A stretch of 43,821 bases of DNA from Candidatus Micrarchaeaceae archaeon (GCA_038873795.1 JAVZDR010000002.1:1-43821); one strand, 5' to 3'. Shown: positions 25,296-33,799, numbered from the stretch's first letter. Numbers and translations are program-made. The notes: generated from the sequence alone by a model not told the origin.

Positions 25296-25973
25296 ATGAA
25301 CAAGAAACTTCTTTATATAGGCATCATTCTTGTTGTCGTAGGAATCGTGATCTCGCTAATGCTTCCAACCACTCTATCGCCGAACATTGGAAAGATCTCA
25401 ATAGCGCCATTAGGCTATGTATATGTGCCCATCACAATAAATGAGACGGGTGCAACCCTTGTGGTAGAGTATCTTGCGAGCAACCTTACCAATTTCTACC
25501 TCGCAAACTCCTCCGGTTTCGCAGCTCTTAGCAACTTGATGACCACGAATTACAGCATACTGCCCGAGGCAAAGCGGCTTCTTGGCAATGGCGTAATTGC
25601 AATAATCGCAAATTCGACATCAGGCATATTCCCAAGCTCAAGCAACCTCAATTCTACAAACCAGGCTTCGATAGCGTCAATGGCTCCAGGAAGATACTAC
25701 CTCATTTACGAAAATCTCAAGAATAAGACTATACAACTTGCATATACATACAAGGCCTTAAACAGCGTCTCAGAGATCTCGATTTTTGCATCAGGCCTCG
25801 CATCAACGATACTTTTCATAGCAGGGATAATAATACTCATCCTGGCATTTATAATAAAACCAAAGGCGAAGGCTGTTCCTGACCGGAAGAGTGCTCAGAC
25901 TCAAATGGAAGCAGAGATAGATGCACTTTACAAGAGGATCGAGAAAGGCAAGAAGGGCAGCAACGGCAAATGA
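25296..25973 (+). CDS. hypothetical membrane protein (N- and C-terminal TM helices, extracytoplasmic middle, basic C-tail)
   Basis: Hydrophobic helices at both ends (LLYIGIILVVVGIVISLML and ILFIAGIIILILAFII). The middle is Asn/Ser-rich with sequons. Confidence 0.5.
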   Translation: MNKKLLYIGIILVVVGIVISLMLPTTLSPNIGKISIAPLGYVYVPITINETGATLVVEYLASNLTNFYLANSSGFAALSNLMTTNYSILPEAKRLLGNGVIAIIANSTSGIFPSSSNLNSTNQASIASMAPGRYYLIYENLKNKTIQLAYTYKALNSVSEISIFASGLASTILFIAGIIILILAFIIKPKAKAVPDRKSAQTQMEAEIDALYKRIEKGKKGSNGK

Positions 25974-26028
25974 CTTACGCAATTGCAGATTATCAAAGGC
26001 CTGTTCGTCAATAAGTTAATAAATCTTT

Positions 26029-26745
26029 ATGCAAATAATTGATATCATGAACAGCTTGAATGAGATAATAGCAGGGGAAATAACGCTCTCGGAGAATCCT
26101 GGAGGCACTATGAAGAAGTGGCGGGAGCTCTTCAACATCAGCCAGATAGAGCTTGCAAAATACCTCAAGCTCTCTGCTTCTACGATAAGCGACTATGAGA
26201 GCAACAGAAGGCAGAGCCCCGGAGTGAATGTGGTGAAGAGGCTTGTCACCGCGCTTGTTGAGATAGACGCCCAGAAGGGCGGCTCAGTCACTAAGAACCT
26301 AGAGAAGCTGGTTGCACCACAGAACCAGGAATCTGAGCAAGCACCATATAAGATACACGACTTTTCTGCCCCGCTTACAGGAATAGACTTTGCAAGGATA
26401 ATAGATGCAAAGATCATTGCAAACCCCAATTACCTTGATCCAATCAAAATATTCGGCTACACCATATTGGATAGCCTAAGGGTGATTGTGGAATTGCCAA
26501 TTAGCGATTATCCAAAGCTCTTCGGCTCTACCACCGAGAGGGTCTTCATATTTGACCAAGTGAGCACGGGAAGATCGCCGATGGTTGTGATAAGGGTCGC
26601 GCCGATCAAGCCGAGAATAGTGACAATGTGCAACCTCGACTCTGTTGACAAGCTTGCAATAAAGATCGCACAGGTGGAGAAGATCCCCCTGCTTACAACA
26701 AAGCTCAGCGTAGCAGAAATAGAGGAAAGGCTGAGCAAGGTCTAG
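26029..26745 (+). CDS. XRE-family HTH transcriptional regulator (archaeal COG1395-like)
   Basis: MKKWRELFNISQIELAKYLKLSASTISDYESNRRQSP is a classic HTH_3 motif, followed by a conserved-looking C-terminal domain. Confidence 0.75.
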   Translation: MQIIDIMNSLNEIIAGEITLSENPGGTMKKWRELFNISQIELAKYLKLSASTISDYESNRRQSPGVNVVKRLVTALVEIDAQKGGSVTKNLEKLVAPQNQESEQAPYKIHDFSAPLTGIDFARIIDAKIIANPNYLDPIKIFGYTILDSLRVIVELPISDYPKLFGSTTERVFIFDQVSTGRSPMVVIRVAPIKPRIVTMCNLDSVDKLAIKIAQVEKIPLLTTKLSVAEIEERLSKV

Positions 26746-26750
26746 CTAGC

Positions 26751-27158
26751 CTAGGCAGAGATTATCCTCGATATCCTAGAAAGCCTATGGCCTTCGGCCT
26801 TCAGCTCTATCTCATAGAAAATCCCGAAGGCAAGCTTGTATACCTCGAAATTCCTCTCCTTAAGCTTTGCATATAGGCTGTTCAGCATTTTGCTCGCATC
26901 CTGCGTGTTGGCGAGGTCGCCGAAGAGGTGCGCAAAAGGGTTGAGGACAATTGTGCGAAGGCCCAGGGTTGCGCATATCCTGAGTAGCTCATTTGCGGTC
27001 CTGTCGACAATCTCAACAGGGTTTGAGGTATCTGATTTCTCAAAGCTTATGAAAACCAAAAGGGCGTTCTCCACGCTGAGCTCGCTGGCTTCTTCAATGA
27101 GATCCGAGCGGCCTTTTTCCTTTGGGTAAGCCCTGAAATATTTCACATGCCATGCCAT
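26751..27158 (-). CDS. free-standing archaeal ThrRS N-terminal editing domain homolog (tRNA-Thr_ED-like)
   Basis: It aligns by eye along its whole length to the Pyrococcus ThrRS editing domain: ENALLVFISFEKSDTSNP, IVLNPFAHLFGDLA, LYAKLKERNFEV, FGIFYEIELKAEGHRLSRISR. I preferred the ATG at 27158 (MAWHVKYF) over the track's TTG at 27227. Confidence 0.8.
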   Translation of the reverse strand: MAWHVKYFRAYPKEKGRSDLIEEASELSVENALLVFISFEKSDTSNPVEIVDRTANELLRICATLGLRTIVLNPFAHLFGDLANTQDASKMLNSLYAKLKERNFEVYKLAFGIFYEIELKAEGHRLSRISRIISA

Positions 27159-27297
27159 GAACCTTGCCGTGATACCACTTGCAATTGCCTTGCGCTGTAG
27201 TCTGCGCAGCTGCTTGGAAATCCCCAAACCTTTCCAAACCGCCGGCAGCTAGATTCTTGCCATTGGTTTTTGGCCCAATCGCACAGTCTGCCCATGA

Positions 27298-27368
27298 TGG
27301 AGGCAAGGAGAATCGAACTCCTGCTTGCAGAATGTCAATCTGCCGTCCTACCACTAGACGATGCCTCC
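27298..27368 (-). tRNA. tRNA-Val (GAC)
   Basis: The reverse complement folds as GGAGGCA-UC-GUCU-AGUGGUA-GGAC-G-GCAGA-UUGACAU-UCUGC-AAGC-AGGAG-UUCGAUU-CUCCU-UGCCUCC-A. The acceptor stem has 7 perfect base pairs. CCA is not encoded. Confidence 0.85.
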
Positions 27369-27384
27369 TCGTTTATACTTGGTC

Positions 27385-28278
27385 TCAAACAAATATATTA
27401 CTTCCGTCGTGCGCAACTCTCACGTTCCTGAAAACCTTTTTTGCCTCTCTTAGCAGCAGACCCGGCTCAGCATGCCTCGTGCTTATGTGCATCAGCAGAA
27501 GCCTCTTCACTTTCGCCTCCTTTGCCACTTTTGCTGCCTCCTCAGCCGTCGAATGCTTCCTCTCGATTGCAAGCCTTTTTTCATCTTCTGTATAAGTGGC
27601 CTCGTGTATGAGCAGGTCAGCTCCCATTGCGGCCTTGACGGTGGCCTTTGCAGGCCTTGTATCAGACGCATATACTATCTTCTTGCCTTTTTTGATCCAT
27701 GTCACATCCTCAATCCTGATCCTCCTTCCATTGACCATTATGCTCCCCTTTGACTGGAGTTCCGAAAACATCTTGCCCTCTATCCCTAGAGCTCTGCATC
27801 TTTCCTTTATGAATCTTCTCTTATCCAATTCGCTGAATACATACCCATAGGTCTTCACCGTATGGTTCAGCTTGAATGCCTCTATACTGATCTGCTCTTT
27901 CTTCATAACAGTCCCGGCGTTTATGCCATTTATGGCTATTGGAAATGTCACGAGCGCTTTATCGAACGAAGTCAGGCTCCGCACTATGCCTTCAGAGCCC
28001 TTCGGTACGAATATTGCAAGGGGCTTCGACCTGTGATTGAGTGACAATGACCTTATAATACCAGGAAGCCCTATTATGTGGTCGCCATGCACATGGGTTA
28101 TGAAGATTGCCTCGATCTTTGCCATATTCAAGCCATATCTCAGCATCTGCATCTGCGTTCCTTCACCGCAGTCAAATAGGTATATGCTCCCTTCATACGT
28201 AATTGCAACGCTCGGCATGCACCTTGTCTTAGATGGCGTCGATCCTGACGTGCCGAGTACTGTAACTTTTATCAGCAT
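27385..28278 (-). CDS. rnz: ribonuclease Z (tRNA 3' endonuclease)
   Basis: Metallo-beta-lactamase fold with HVHGDHIIGLPGIIRSLSL. The N-terminal VLGTSGSTPS and C-terminal HISTRH motifs are present. Confidence 0.92.
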   Translation of the reverse strand: MLIKVTVLGTSGSTPSKTRCMPSVAITYEGSIYLFDCGEGTQMQMLRYGLNMAKIEAIFITHVHGDHIIGLPGIIRSLSLNHRSKPLAIFVPKGSEGIVRSLTSFDKALVTFPIAINGINAGTVMKKEQISIEAFKLNHTVKTYGYVFSELDKRRFIKERCRALGIEGKMFSELQSKGSIMVNGRRIRIEDVTWIKKGKKIVYASDTRPAKATVKAAMGADLLIHEATYTEDEKRLAIERKHSTAEEAAKVAKEAKVKRLLLMHISTRHAEPGLLLREAKKVFRNVRVAHDGSNIFV

Positions 28279-29400
28279 TCAATCAATCTCTATTGTAATC
28301 TTCTTTTCTTTAAGGTTTATTGATTTTACCTTTATGCCGCCAATACTCATACCTTCATGCGCCTCCCCTTTTTTAATAAGCCTTTTTATCTCATTTATCA
28401 GGGAGTTTATCTCATCCATCCTCTCAAATATCCTATTCGCAGCTTCAATGTCTCTTTTTTCACTGGCTTCAAGCTCCTTGATTATCTCTTCCTGCTTCTG
28501 GATGCTAGCCTTGATCTCCTTGATTCTATTCTCGGCCTCTGAGCTTGGCTCTCTCTGCGCCCTCTCACCTAGATAAAATTCATCAAGCGCCTCGCTAAGG
28601 GTGTTATAGGTCTTGTACCTCATGCCAGCATACTTTTTAATATCGCATAGTGCATAGTCAACAAAGCCCCCCTCGCCAATATATATGCGCGGCGATATAT
28701 TGGCCAGCCTTTCCTTGAACGTGACGACCGCCCTGGCGAGCTCATCCTCATGGCCCTTTACCGCGGCCGCATCTCCGTTTGGATCAAGCCCCGCCTCCCT
28801 TATCACGTCCTCGTTGTATAGTGGCCCGAAGTCAAAATACCTTCCAAATGCGGCTATAAGCTTCTTCTTCTCGCCTGAGATAGCTGATGCAGCGTCCTTC
28901 GCGCTGCCATAGTCTATCTCATCTATTGTAAGCGCGCCGCCGCCTCCTGGGAAGAGATAGCGCATCCTAGGCCTTATCTCCCTTTCCCTCTGCTTGACCA
29001 CCCTATAGCAGAGCTCCACAATGCCCTCTCTTGAGAGTATGAGGTTGCCCTTTCCAAACATCTCCAATATAAGTTCATATACATTGCCTGCATTCTCAAG
29101 CTTGAAGATCAGAATTCGGTCATTCCTGTACTGCCTAACCTCGGCAAGCCTTGAGCCAATGATCCTCTTCCGCATCGCCATTGCGAAATTTGTCGCTTCC
29201 CCAACCTCCTCTGAAAATGCTGTCAGGTTTATTGTGTAGAGCAGCTTGCAATAGACTGTGCCGCTCGCGTGCTTTGATGAAAATGAGAATCTGAAAGCGC
29301 CATTGCCAAGATCATAGAATTTAGAAAGAGTGCTCCCGCGGAGGCCGTTGAGTTCGGCGCAGATAGCTCTCAGCTCTACCGACGCTATCTCGCGCATCAA
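28279..29400 (-). CDS. NFACT-N domain protein (RqcH/NEMF/FbpA-like), lacking the NFACT-R half
   Basis: NFACT-N signatures are present: ELNGLRGSTLSKFYDL, NFAMAMRKRIIGSRLAEVRQYRNDRILIFKL, EMFGKGNLIL. One coiled-coil helix follows, then the ORF stops at 28279, directly abutting the rnz start. Confidence 0.75.
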   Translation of the reverse strand: MMREIASVELRAICAELNGLRGSTLSKFYDLGNGAFRFSFSSKHASGTVYCKLLYTINLTAFSEEVGEATNFAMAMRKRIIGSRLAEVRQYRNDRILIFKLENAGNVYELILEMFGKGNLILSREGIVELCYRVVKQREREIRPRMRYLFPGGGGALTIDEIDYGSAKDAASAISGEKKKLIAAFGRYFDFGPLYNEDVIREAGLDPNGDAAAVKGHEDELARAVVTFKERLANISPRIYIGEGGFVDYALCDIKKYAGMRYKTYNTLSEALDEFYLGERAQREPSSEAENRIKEIKASIQKQEEIIKELEASEKRDIEAANRIFERMDEINSLINEIKRLIKKGEAHEGMSIGGIKVKSINLKEKKITIEID

Positions 29401-30197
29401 GCTCGACCGCTTTTGAGTTTTCTCGCGCCCTCCTCCTTCTTTATTCTAGCGAAAGCCGCCGCTATCTTTCGCGCGTCGGAAGCCTGCTCTATGGCCGTAC
29501 CTATCTGCACCATGTCTGCCCCAGCTCTATATACTTCTCTTAGCTTATCGACGGTCCTTATGCCGCCAGCCACTATGTATGGTACGGTTATAGACTCTCT
29601 CACAGCCCTTATTATTGTGCTTGGCACTGGCCCTGAATGCTGGAGTTTTGGATTTGAGCCAACATCTGTAATTATAAACCTATTGCCAAGATATTCGCCA
29701 GCCATTGCCAGCGCCGCGGCTATCTTCGGCTTCTCACGGGGCACAAGGTTGGCATCGCCGACCCAGCCAACAGTCCCACCAGGAGCTACCACTATGTACC
29801 CAACAGGTATGGGCTCTATCTGCAGCCTTTTTATTATCGGAGCCGCAAGCATCTGGACCTGCGTTATCCAGTATGGATTTCTGGCATTCAGCAATGACAT
29901 GAAGTATACGGCATCAGCGTATTTAGTTAGAGTTGCTATATTTCCTGGGAAAAGTATTACAGGCACGCCGCCAGCTTTATCCTTTATGCCCTTTGTGACA
30001 TAGTCGAGAAGCTCCCCTTGGGCTCCTATGCTGCCCCCAACAAGTATCAGGTCAGCGCCGCCTTCTATGCTTTCAAGCGCTGTCTTGATGGCCATCTCTG
30101 GAGTTCTGTAATCAACAGGGTCCACGAGCATGAAGATCATAGCGCCGTTGCTCTCAATGGTGTCTAATATATACCTCTCAGTTTTACCTATTTTCAT
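29397..30197 (-). CDS. geranylgeranylglyceryl phosphate synthase (PcrB/GGGPS family)
   Basis: MLVDPVDY, ADLILVGGS, PVILFPGN, ITDVGSN, PYIVAGGIRT and VQIGTAIE are typical of GGGPS TIM barrels. Confidence 0.9.
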   Translation of the reverse strand: MKIGKTERYILDTIESNGAMIFMLVDPVDYRTPEMAIKTALESIEGGADLILVGGSIGAQGELLDYVTKGIKDKAGGVPVILFPGNIATLTKYADAVYFMSLLNARNPYWITQVQMLAAPIIKRLQIEPIPVGYIVVAPGGTVGWVGDANLVPREKPKIAAALAMAGEYLGNRFIITDVGSNPKLQHSGPVPSTIIRAVRESITVPYIVAGGIRTVDKLREVYRAGADMVQIGTAIEQASDARKIAAAFARIKKEEGARKLKSGRA

Positions 30198-30215
30198 AAA
30201 ATCGCCGCATAAGCA

Positions 30216-31223
30216 TTATCTCTTAGAGAACTCTTTAATAAGCTCTTTCGCTCCATCAACAATGTTGACCAATGGGTTGAAGCCCAATTCACGCTTTATT
30301 TTGCTCACGTCGAGCTTCCTATCGCTGAGGAGGAACCTTAGCTCATCGCTGTCAAGCCCCTTGTATTTGCCGAGCAGCTTGGCCAGGAAGGTAAGGCTTA
30401 TCTTCTTCGTCGGCCTAGGCACATTCATAAGGTCAGCAGCTAGGTTAAAGAGGTATTCCTGGGTATAAGCATTGCCATCTGAAAGATTGTAGACGTTGTA
30501 TCTGCTTGCATCTTTGCTGTCGGCAAGCATGAAGGCTTGCATCACATCATATATATGCACCAGAGCCATGTGGTTTTTACCGTTTCCTATCAGCCTTGCA
30601 CTCCCATCTCTTATCGCACTGAAGACTTTGAAGAATGAGCCCTCGAAGTTAGGCCCATAAATGGTTGCAATTCTGAAAATTGTATAAGGCACTGTCTTGA
30701 AGCCAATTATCGCATCCTCGGCGAGCATCTTGCTATAGCCATAAGGGTCTGTAGGCTTCAGCTTCGAACTCTCATCCAGGACCTCCTTTCTCTTGCTCCC
30801 ATAGACATCTATGCTGCTTGGAAATATGAAGTGCTTTACCCCATGCTTCTCCGCGGCTTCCAGCAGATTCTTTACGCCATTGACATTGACAGCTATAAGC
30901 TCTTTGATCGGGCTTTTGTACGCACTGACACTAGCTGCGAGGTGGAATATAGTGTCAACCCCACTGCACGCCTCGCTCAAAACCGCGGCATTGTCAAGCG
31001 TTCCGACATATGGCGTGGATCCCTTGGGCAGATTCAGTATTCCATCCTTGCTCGTGACAAGTGCATTGACCCTTCTGCTATGTTTGAGGAGGAACGGGAT
31101 GAGCGCCCTGCCAACTCTACCATTAGCACCTGTAACAAGATATACTTTTCCATTTCCGCCAATCTCTCCAGCATCATCATTTTTTGCATTGCTTCTACTC
31201 ACTGCCAACACCTTTTCCCCCAA
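30216..31223 (-). CDS. NAD-dependent epimerase/dehydratase (extended SDR)
   Basis: It has the VYLVTGANGRVGRAL glycine-rich motif and the YGYSK catalytic motif. The 5' end overlaps the upstream gene by 29 nt, so the true start may be internal. Confidence 0.85.
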   Translation of the reverse strand: MGEKVLAVSRSNAKNDDAGEIGGNGKVYLVTGANGRVGRALIPFLLKHSRRVNALVTSKDGILNLPKGSTPYVGTLDNAAVLSEACSGVDTIFHLAASVSAYKSPIKELIAVNVNGVKNLLEAAEKHGVKHFIFPSSIDVYGSKRKEVLDESSKLKPTDPYGYSKMLAEDAIIGFKTVPYTIFRIATIYGPNFEGSFFKVFSAIRDGSARLIGNGKNHMALVHIYDVMQAFMLADSKDASRYNVYNLSDGNAYTQEYLFNLAADLMNVPRPTKKISLTFLAKLLGKYKGLDSDELRFLLSDRKLDVSKIKRELGFNPLVNIVDGAKELIKEFSKR

Positions 31224-32034
31224 GCAATCTGCTAGCGAGTGCTCTTATGTAGCCCTCAGGCACGCTATCTATAGCATATCCTATCCAATCCTTGCCAAAT
31301 GGTATATAAACGCTCAGCCGTGCGTTTCCATCCTTGGCAATTTTAAATACTTTTTTTTCATTATACCCAAGGGGAAATTCGAGTGAGAGCACGTCCCTAT
31401 ATCTGCTACCATTCTTAAGTATCTTGTGGAGCACATTTTCTGTGGGCAGCTTCAGTACAACCTTCTTTGAATGCGAGCAGAGCTTCTCGACCGCGTTGAA
31501 AAAGTCTGCAATATCCTTTTTCTTGAGCTCACCATCATTCGCCTTTTTGCAGGGTATCATTATCCTCTCAGCCTTTCCGCCCTTCTTGAAATACTGGAGC
31601 GCCGCAGTGTAGCTATCAAAGACCTTGCCGACAGATGCATAACTCTTTTGCATTGAAGGATCTTCGGCTATGCTTGGATCTGTGTCAATCCAAATGGGCA
31701 CCGAGTATTTCTTGCTGGCTTCTGCCACTCGCTTTATATCGGCGATGCTGGATCCTCCAATTGGATTATGGCCTAACCTCAGCTGCCTTACATGCACGCT
31801 TGCATTTATGCCCCTCCTGGCTATCTCCCTAAGCAGCTGCACATACGTATTAATCACATAATTAGCTTTCGCCCTGTCTTCTGGAATGCTGCTCAGAAAT
31901 GCTATCGTTGCGCCTATCTTTTTTCCATTGAGATCCATGGCTTTCTTCAGGGAAGAGTCCATAGTGTAGCCAGCTATATGCCTCTTCACTATCTTGTAAA
32001 TTACCTTCTCTACAAACGACTCTTGTTGCTCCAA
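31195..32034 (-). CDS. proline dehydrogenase-fold homolog, divergent
   Basis: The ends align by eye to monofunctional PRODH: KRHIAGYTMDSSLKKAMDL..IGATIAFL and VYIPFGKDWIGYAIDSVPE against YVPYGRDWYPYLTRRIAE. The conserved RR is replaced here by DS. Confidence 0.5.
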   Translation of the reverse strand: MEQQESFVEKVIYKIVKRHIAGYTMDSSLKKAMDLNGKKIGATIAFLSSIPEDRAKANYVINTYVQLLREIARRGINASVHVRQLRLGHNPIGGSSIADIKRVAEASKKYSVPIWIDTDPSIAEDPSMQKSYASVGKVFDSYTAALQYFKKGGKAERIMIPCKKANDGELKKKDIADFFNAVEKLCSHSKKVVLKLPTENVLHKILKNGSRYRDVLSLEFPLGYNEKKVFKIAKDGNARLSVYIPFGKDWIGYAIDSVPEGYIRALASRLLGGKGVGSE

Positions 32035-32313
32035 TTCATCACGAGCTTATACTATATAAATAACAAGATTTTTATCAATTATGCATGAAAAATCACATTT
32101 TTTAAATGGATTGCAGTCTGCTCCGCAAATTCGGCGCAAGATTTTTGGCATAAAGTAAAAACATTATACTTAATATATACAATGGTATATTGCTTGCCAA
32201 GTAGCAAACTACTAAATAAATGTGCATAACGAACTATATAGCTGCAATGCTGTTGAAGCAGGCAATACAAAACCATCTATGATAATTTTCGTTGCAGGCC
32301 TGCCTGGCTATGG

Positions 32314-33585
32314 GTGATGCGAATGCTGCCTTTATCCAAAACGCCCGGAAATGCTGGCCAGATGGAAAAAAATGCGGGAGCCTTCCTGGTCAGGGAGATA
32401 ATACCAAATGGCACAGTGCTTGAGCTTGGCAGGCATTACACAAGCAGCGATCTTGGGGAGCAGGATTCAAAGGAAGGCAAATTCGTGCGGTTCCTGCTGC
32501 AGAAAGAGAACTGGGATACAATACAGGCGCTTGCAACCATTGCCAAAAGGTTCGGTAGGGGGATAAAGTCGATAGGATACGCAGGAATGAAGGACAGGCT
32601 CTCTAAGTCGGTGCAGATGGCGAGCATATTCGGAATTACGCCAGATGCTATTGAGGGATTGCACATAAAGGACATCGAGATAAACGGCGCATGGCAGTCA
32701 ACTAAGGCTGTAGAGCTAGGGGACCTGCTTGGCAATTCATTTTCTGCAACGATAGACAGGCCGCTAAATGAGCGGCATGTTGAGCGCATCCTATCAGAGC
32801 TCAATGGCGTGATGCCAAATTACTTTGGCATGCAAAGGTTCGGATCTAGGCAGAACAACTTCAGGATAGGCATCAGCATACTCAATGGCGATTTTGAGGG
32901 CGCGGCAATGACGTTCCTGACTTCTACAGAAAACGAGACGAATAGCGAAGCGATAGAAGCAAGGCGGAGGCTTGCGGATGAGCAAGACTTTGCAGCTGCT
33001 GTAGAATATTTTCCAAAATACCTCAAATACGAGCGCAGGGTGCTGGCATATATAGCCCAATATGGCAATTTTGCGAATGCCCTCCGAATCCTTCCAAGGG
33101 GCATCTTATTAATGTTTGTGCATTCTATCGAGGATGTGATATTCAATGCAGCGTTGGAGGCTCGCATAAGGAATGGTGATTTTGATAACGAAGCAGAACA
33201 TTGCGGGCTGAATGCCTATGGCTTTCCAGATATAGCCAAACCATGCGAGCAATCAGGCGCAGTATGCCTACCAGTAGGTAACTTGATAGGCTATGAAACC
33301 CCTAGGGCAAAGATAAGCAGCTACGAAAAAGCGGCCATGGAAGCGTTGGGAATAAATCCTGAAATGTTCAGGATAAAGGCCATGCCTGAACTGAGCATGA
33401 AAGGCGGACTGCGTCCCCTTCTTGCCACTTTCAAGAATTTTTCGTTTAAAAACAGTGAAGAGAAGGCAATCCTCAATTTTTCGCTGCCTGCAGGCTCATA
33501 TGCAACAGTCTTTGTCAACGAATTCACAAAGTGCGACCAATCAAGCCTAAAAATGGCGCCGGAGCTGGGAGATTCATGGCGTTGA
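32314..33585 (+). CDS. truD: tRNA pseudouridine synthase TruD/Pus7 family
   Basis: The GYAGMKDRLSKSVQ catalytic Asp motif, NYFGMQRFG, and a TRUD insertion domain are present. Confidence 0.88.
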   Translation: MMRMLPLSKTPGNAGQMEKNAGAFLVREIIPNGTVLELGRHYTSSDLGEQDSKEGKFVRFLLQKENWDTIQALATIAKRFGRGIKSIGYAGMKDRLSKSVQMASIFGITPDAIEGLHIKDIEINGAWQSTKAVELGDLLGNSFSATIDRPLNERHVERILSELNGVMPNYFGMQRFGSRQNNFRIGISILNGDFEGAAMTFLTSTENETNSEAIEARRRLADEQDFAAAVEYFPKYLKYERRVLAYIAQYGNFANALRILPRGILLMFVHSIEDVIFNAALEARIRNGDFDNEAEHCGLNAYGFPDIAKPCEQSGAVCLPVGNLIGYETPRAKISSYEKAAMEALGINPEMFRIKAMPELSMKGGLRPLLATFKNFSFKNSEEKAILNFSLPAGSYATVFVNEFTKCDQSSLKMAPELGDSWR

Positions 33586-33589
33586 GCCA
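33570..33589 (-). other. tRNA-Ser intron 2 (20 nt, in the T-loop, about position 59/60 or 60/61)
   Basis: It forms a strict hBHBh' motif: CUGGG/CCCAG outer helix, UCU bulge, UUCA/UGAA 4-bp central helix, AAU bulge, UGGC/GCCA inner helix, UCAAC loop. Confidence 0.7.
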
Positions 33590-33627
33590 ATTTGAACCCA
33601 GATTGCCAAAGGCAACCAGATCTCGAG

Positions 33628-33638
33628 TTTCGCCACTT
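33628..33638 (-). other. tRNA-Ser intron 1 (11 nt, at the anticodon stem/loop junction, about position 30/31 or 31/32)
   Basis: Removing it restores the CCAGA/UCUGG stem and the CUCGAGA loop. It folds as a relaxed bulge-helix-loop: CGCC/GGCG helix, AAA bulge at the 3' site, 5' site in the loop. The boundary is ambiguous by 1 nt. Confidence 0.6.
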
Positions 33639-33799
33639 TCTGGCGCATTAACCTGGTTCTGCCACTCCGGCACGTGCATTTGGGCATACTAAAGCCTTAG
33701 CCCAAACACATACAGATATGGCAGCAGAAGCTTTTATACCTTGCACATCCATGCGCCTAAACCTGGTGCATTTTGGCATCGCCCAAGTGTTGCAAAATC

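Larger units (their letters stand above)
33554..33671 (-). tRNA. tRNA-Ser (CGA), class II, with two non-canonical introns; CCA encoded
   Basis: Reverse complement: GCCGGAG-UG-GCA-GAACCAGGUUAA-UGC-G-CCAGA-[AAGUGGCGAAA]-CUCGAGA-UCUGG-UUGCCUUUGGCAAU-CUGGG-UUCAAAU-[UGGCUCAACGCCAUGAAUCU]-CCCAG-CUCCGGC-G-CCA. After removing the two bracketed segments it has a perfect 7-bp acceptor stem, 5-bp anticodon and T stems, a long variable arm and discriminator G73. Confidence 0.75.

Noticed and set aside
32079-32276. A 65-aa minus-strand ORF in the 280-nt gap between the PRODH-like gene and truD.
   Set aside because: This is an A/T-rich divergent promoter region. The ORF is Leu/Tyr/Cys-rich with no SD, so it is likely spurious.
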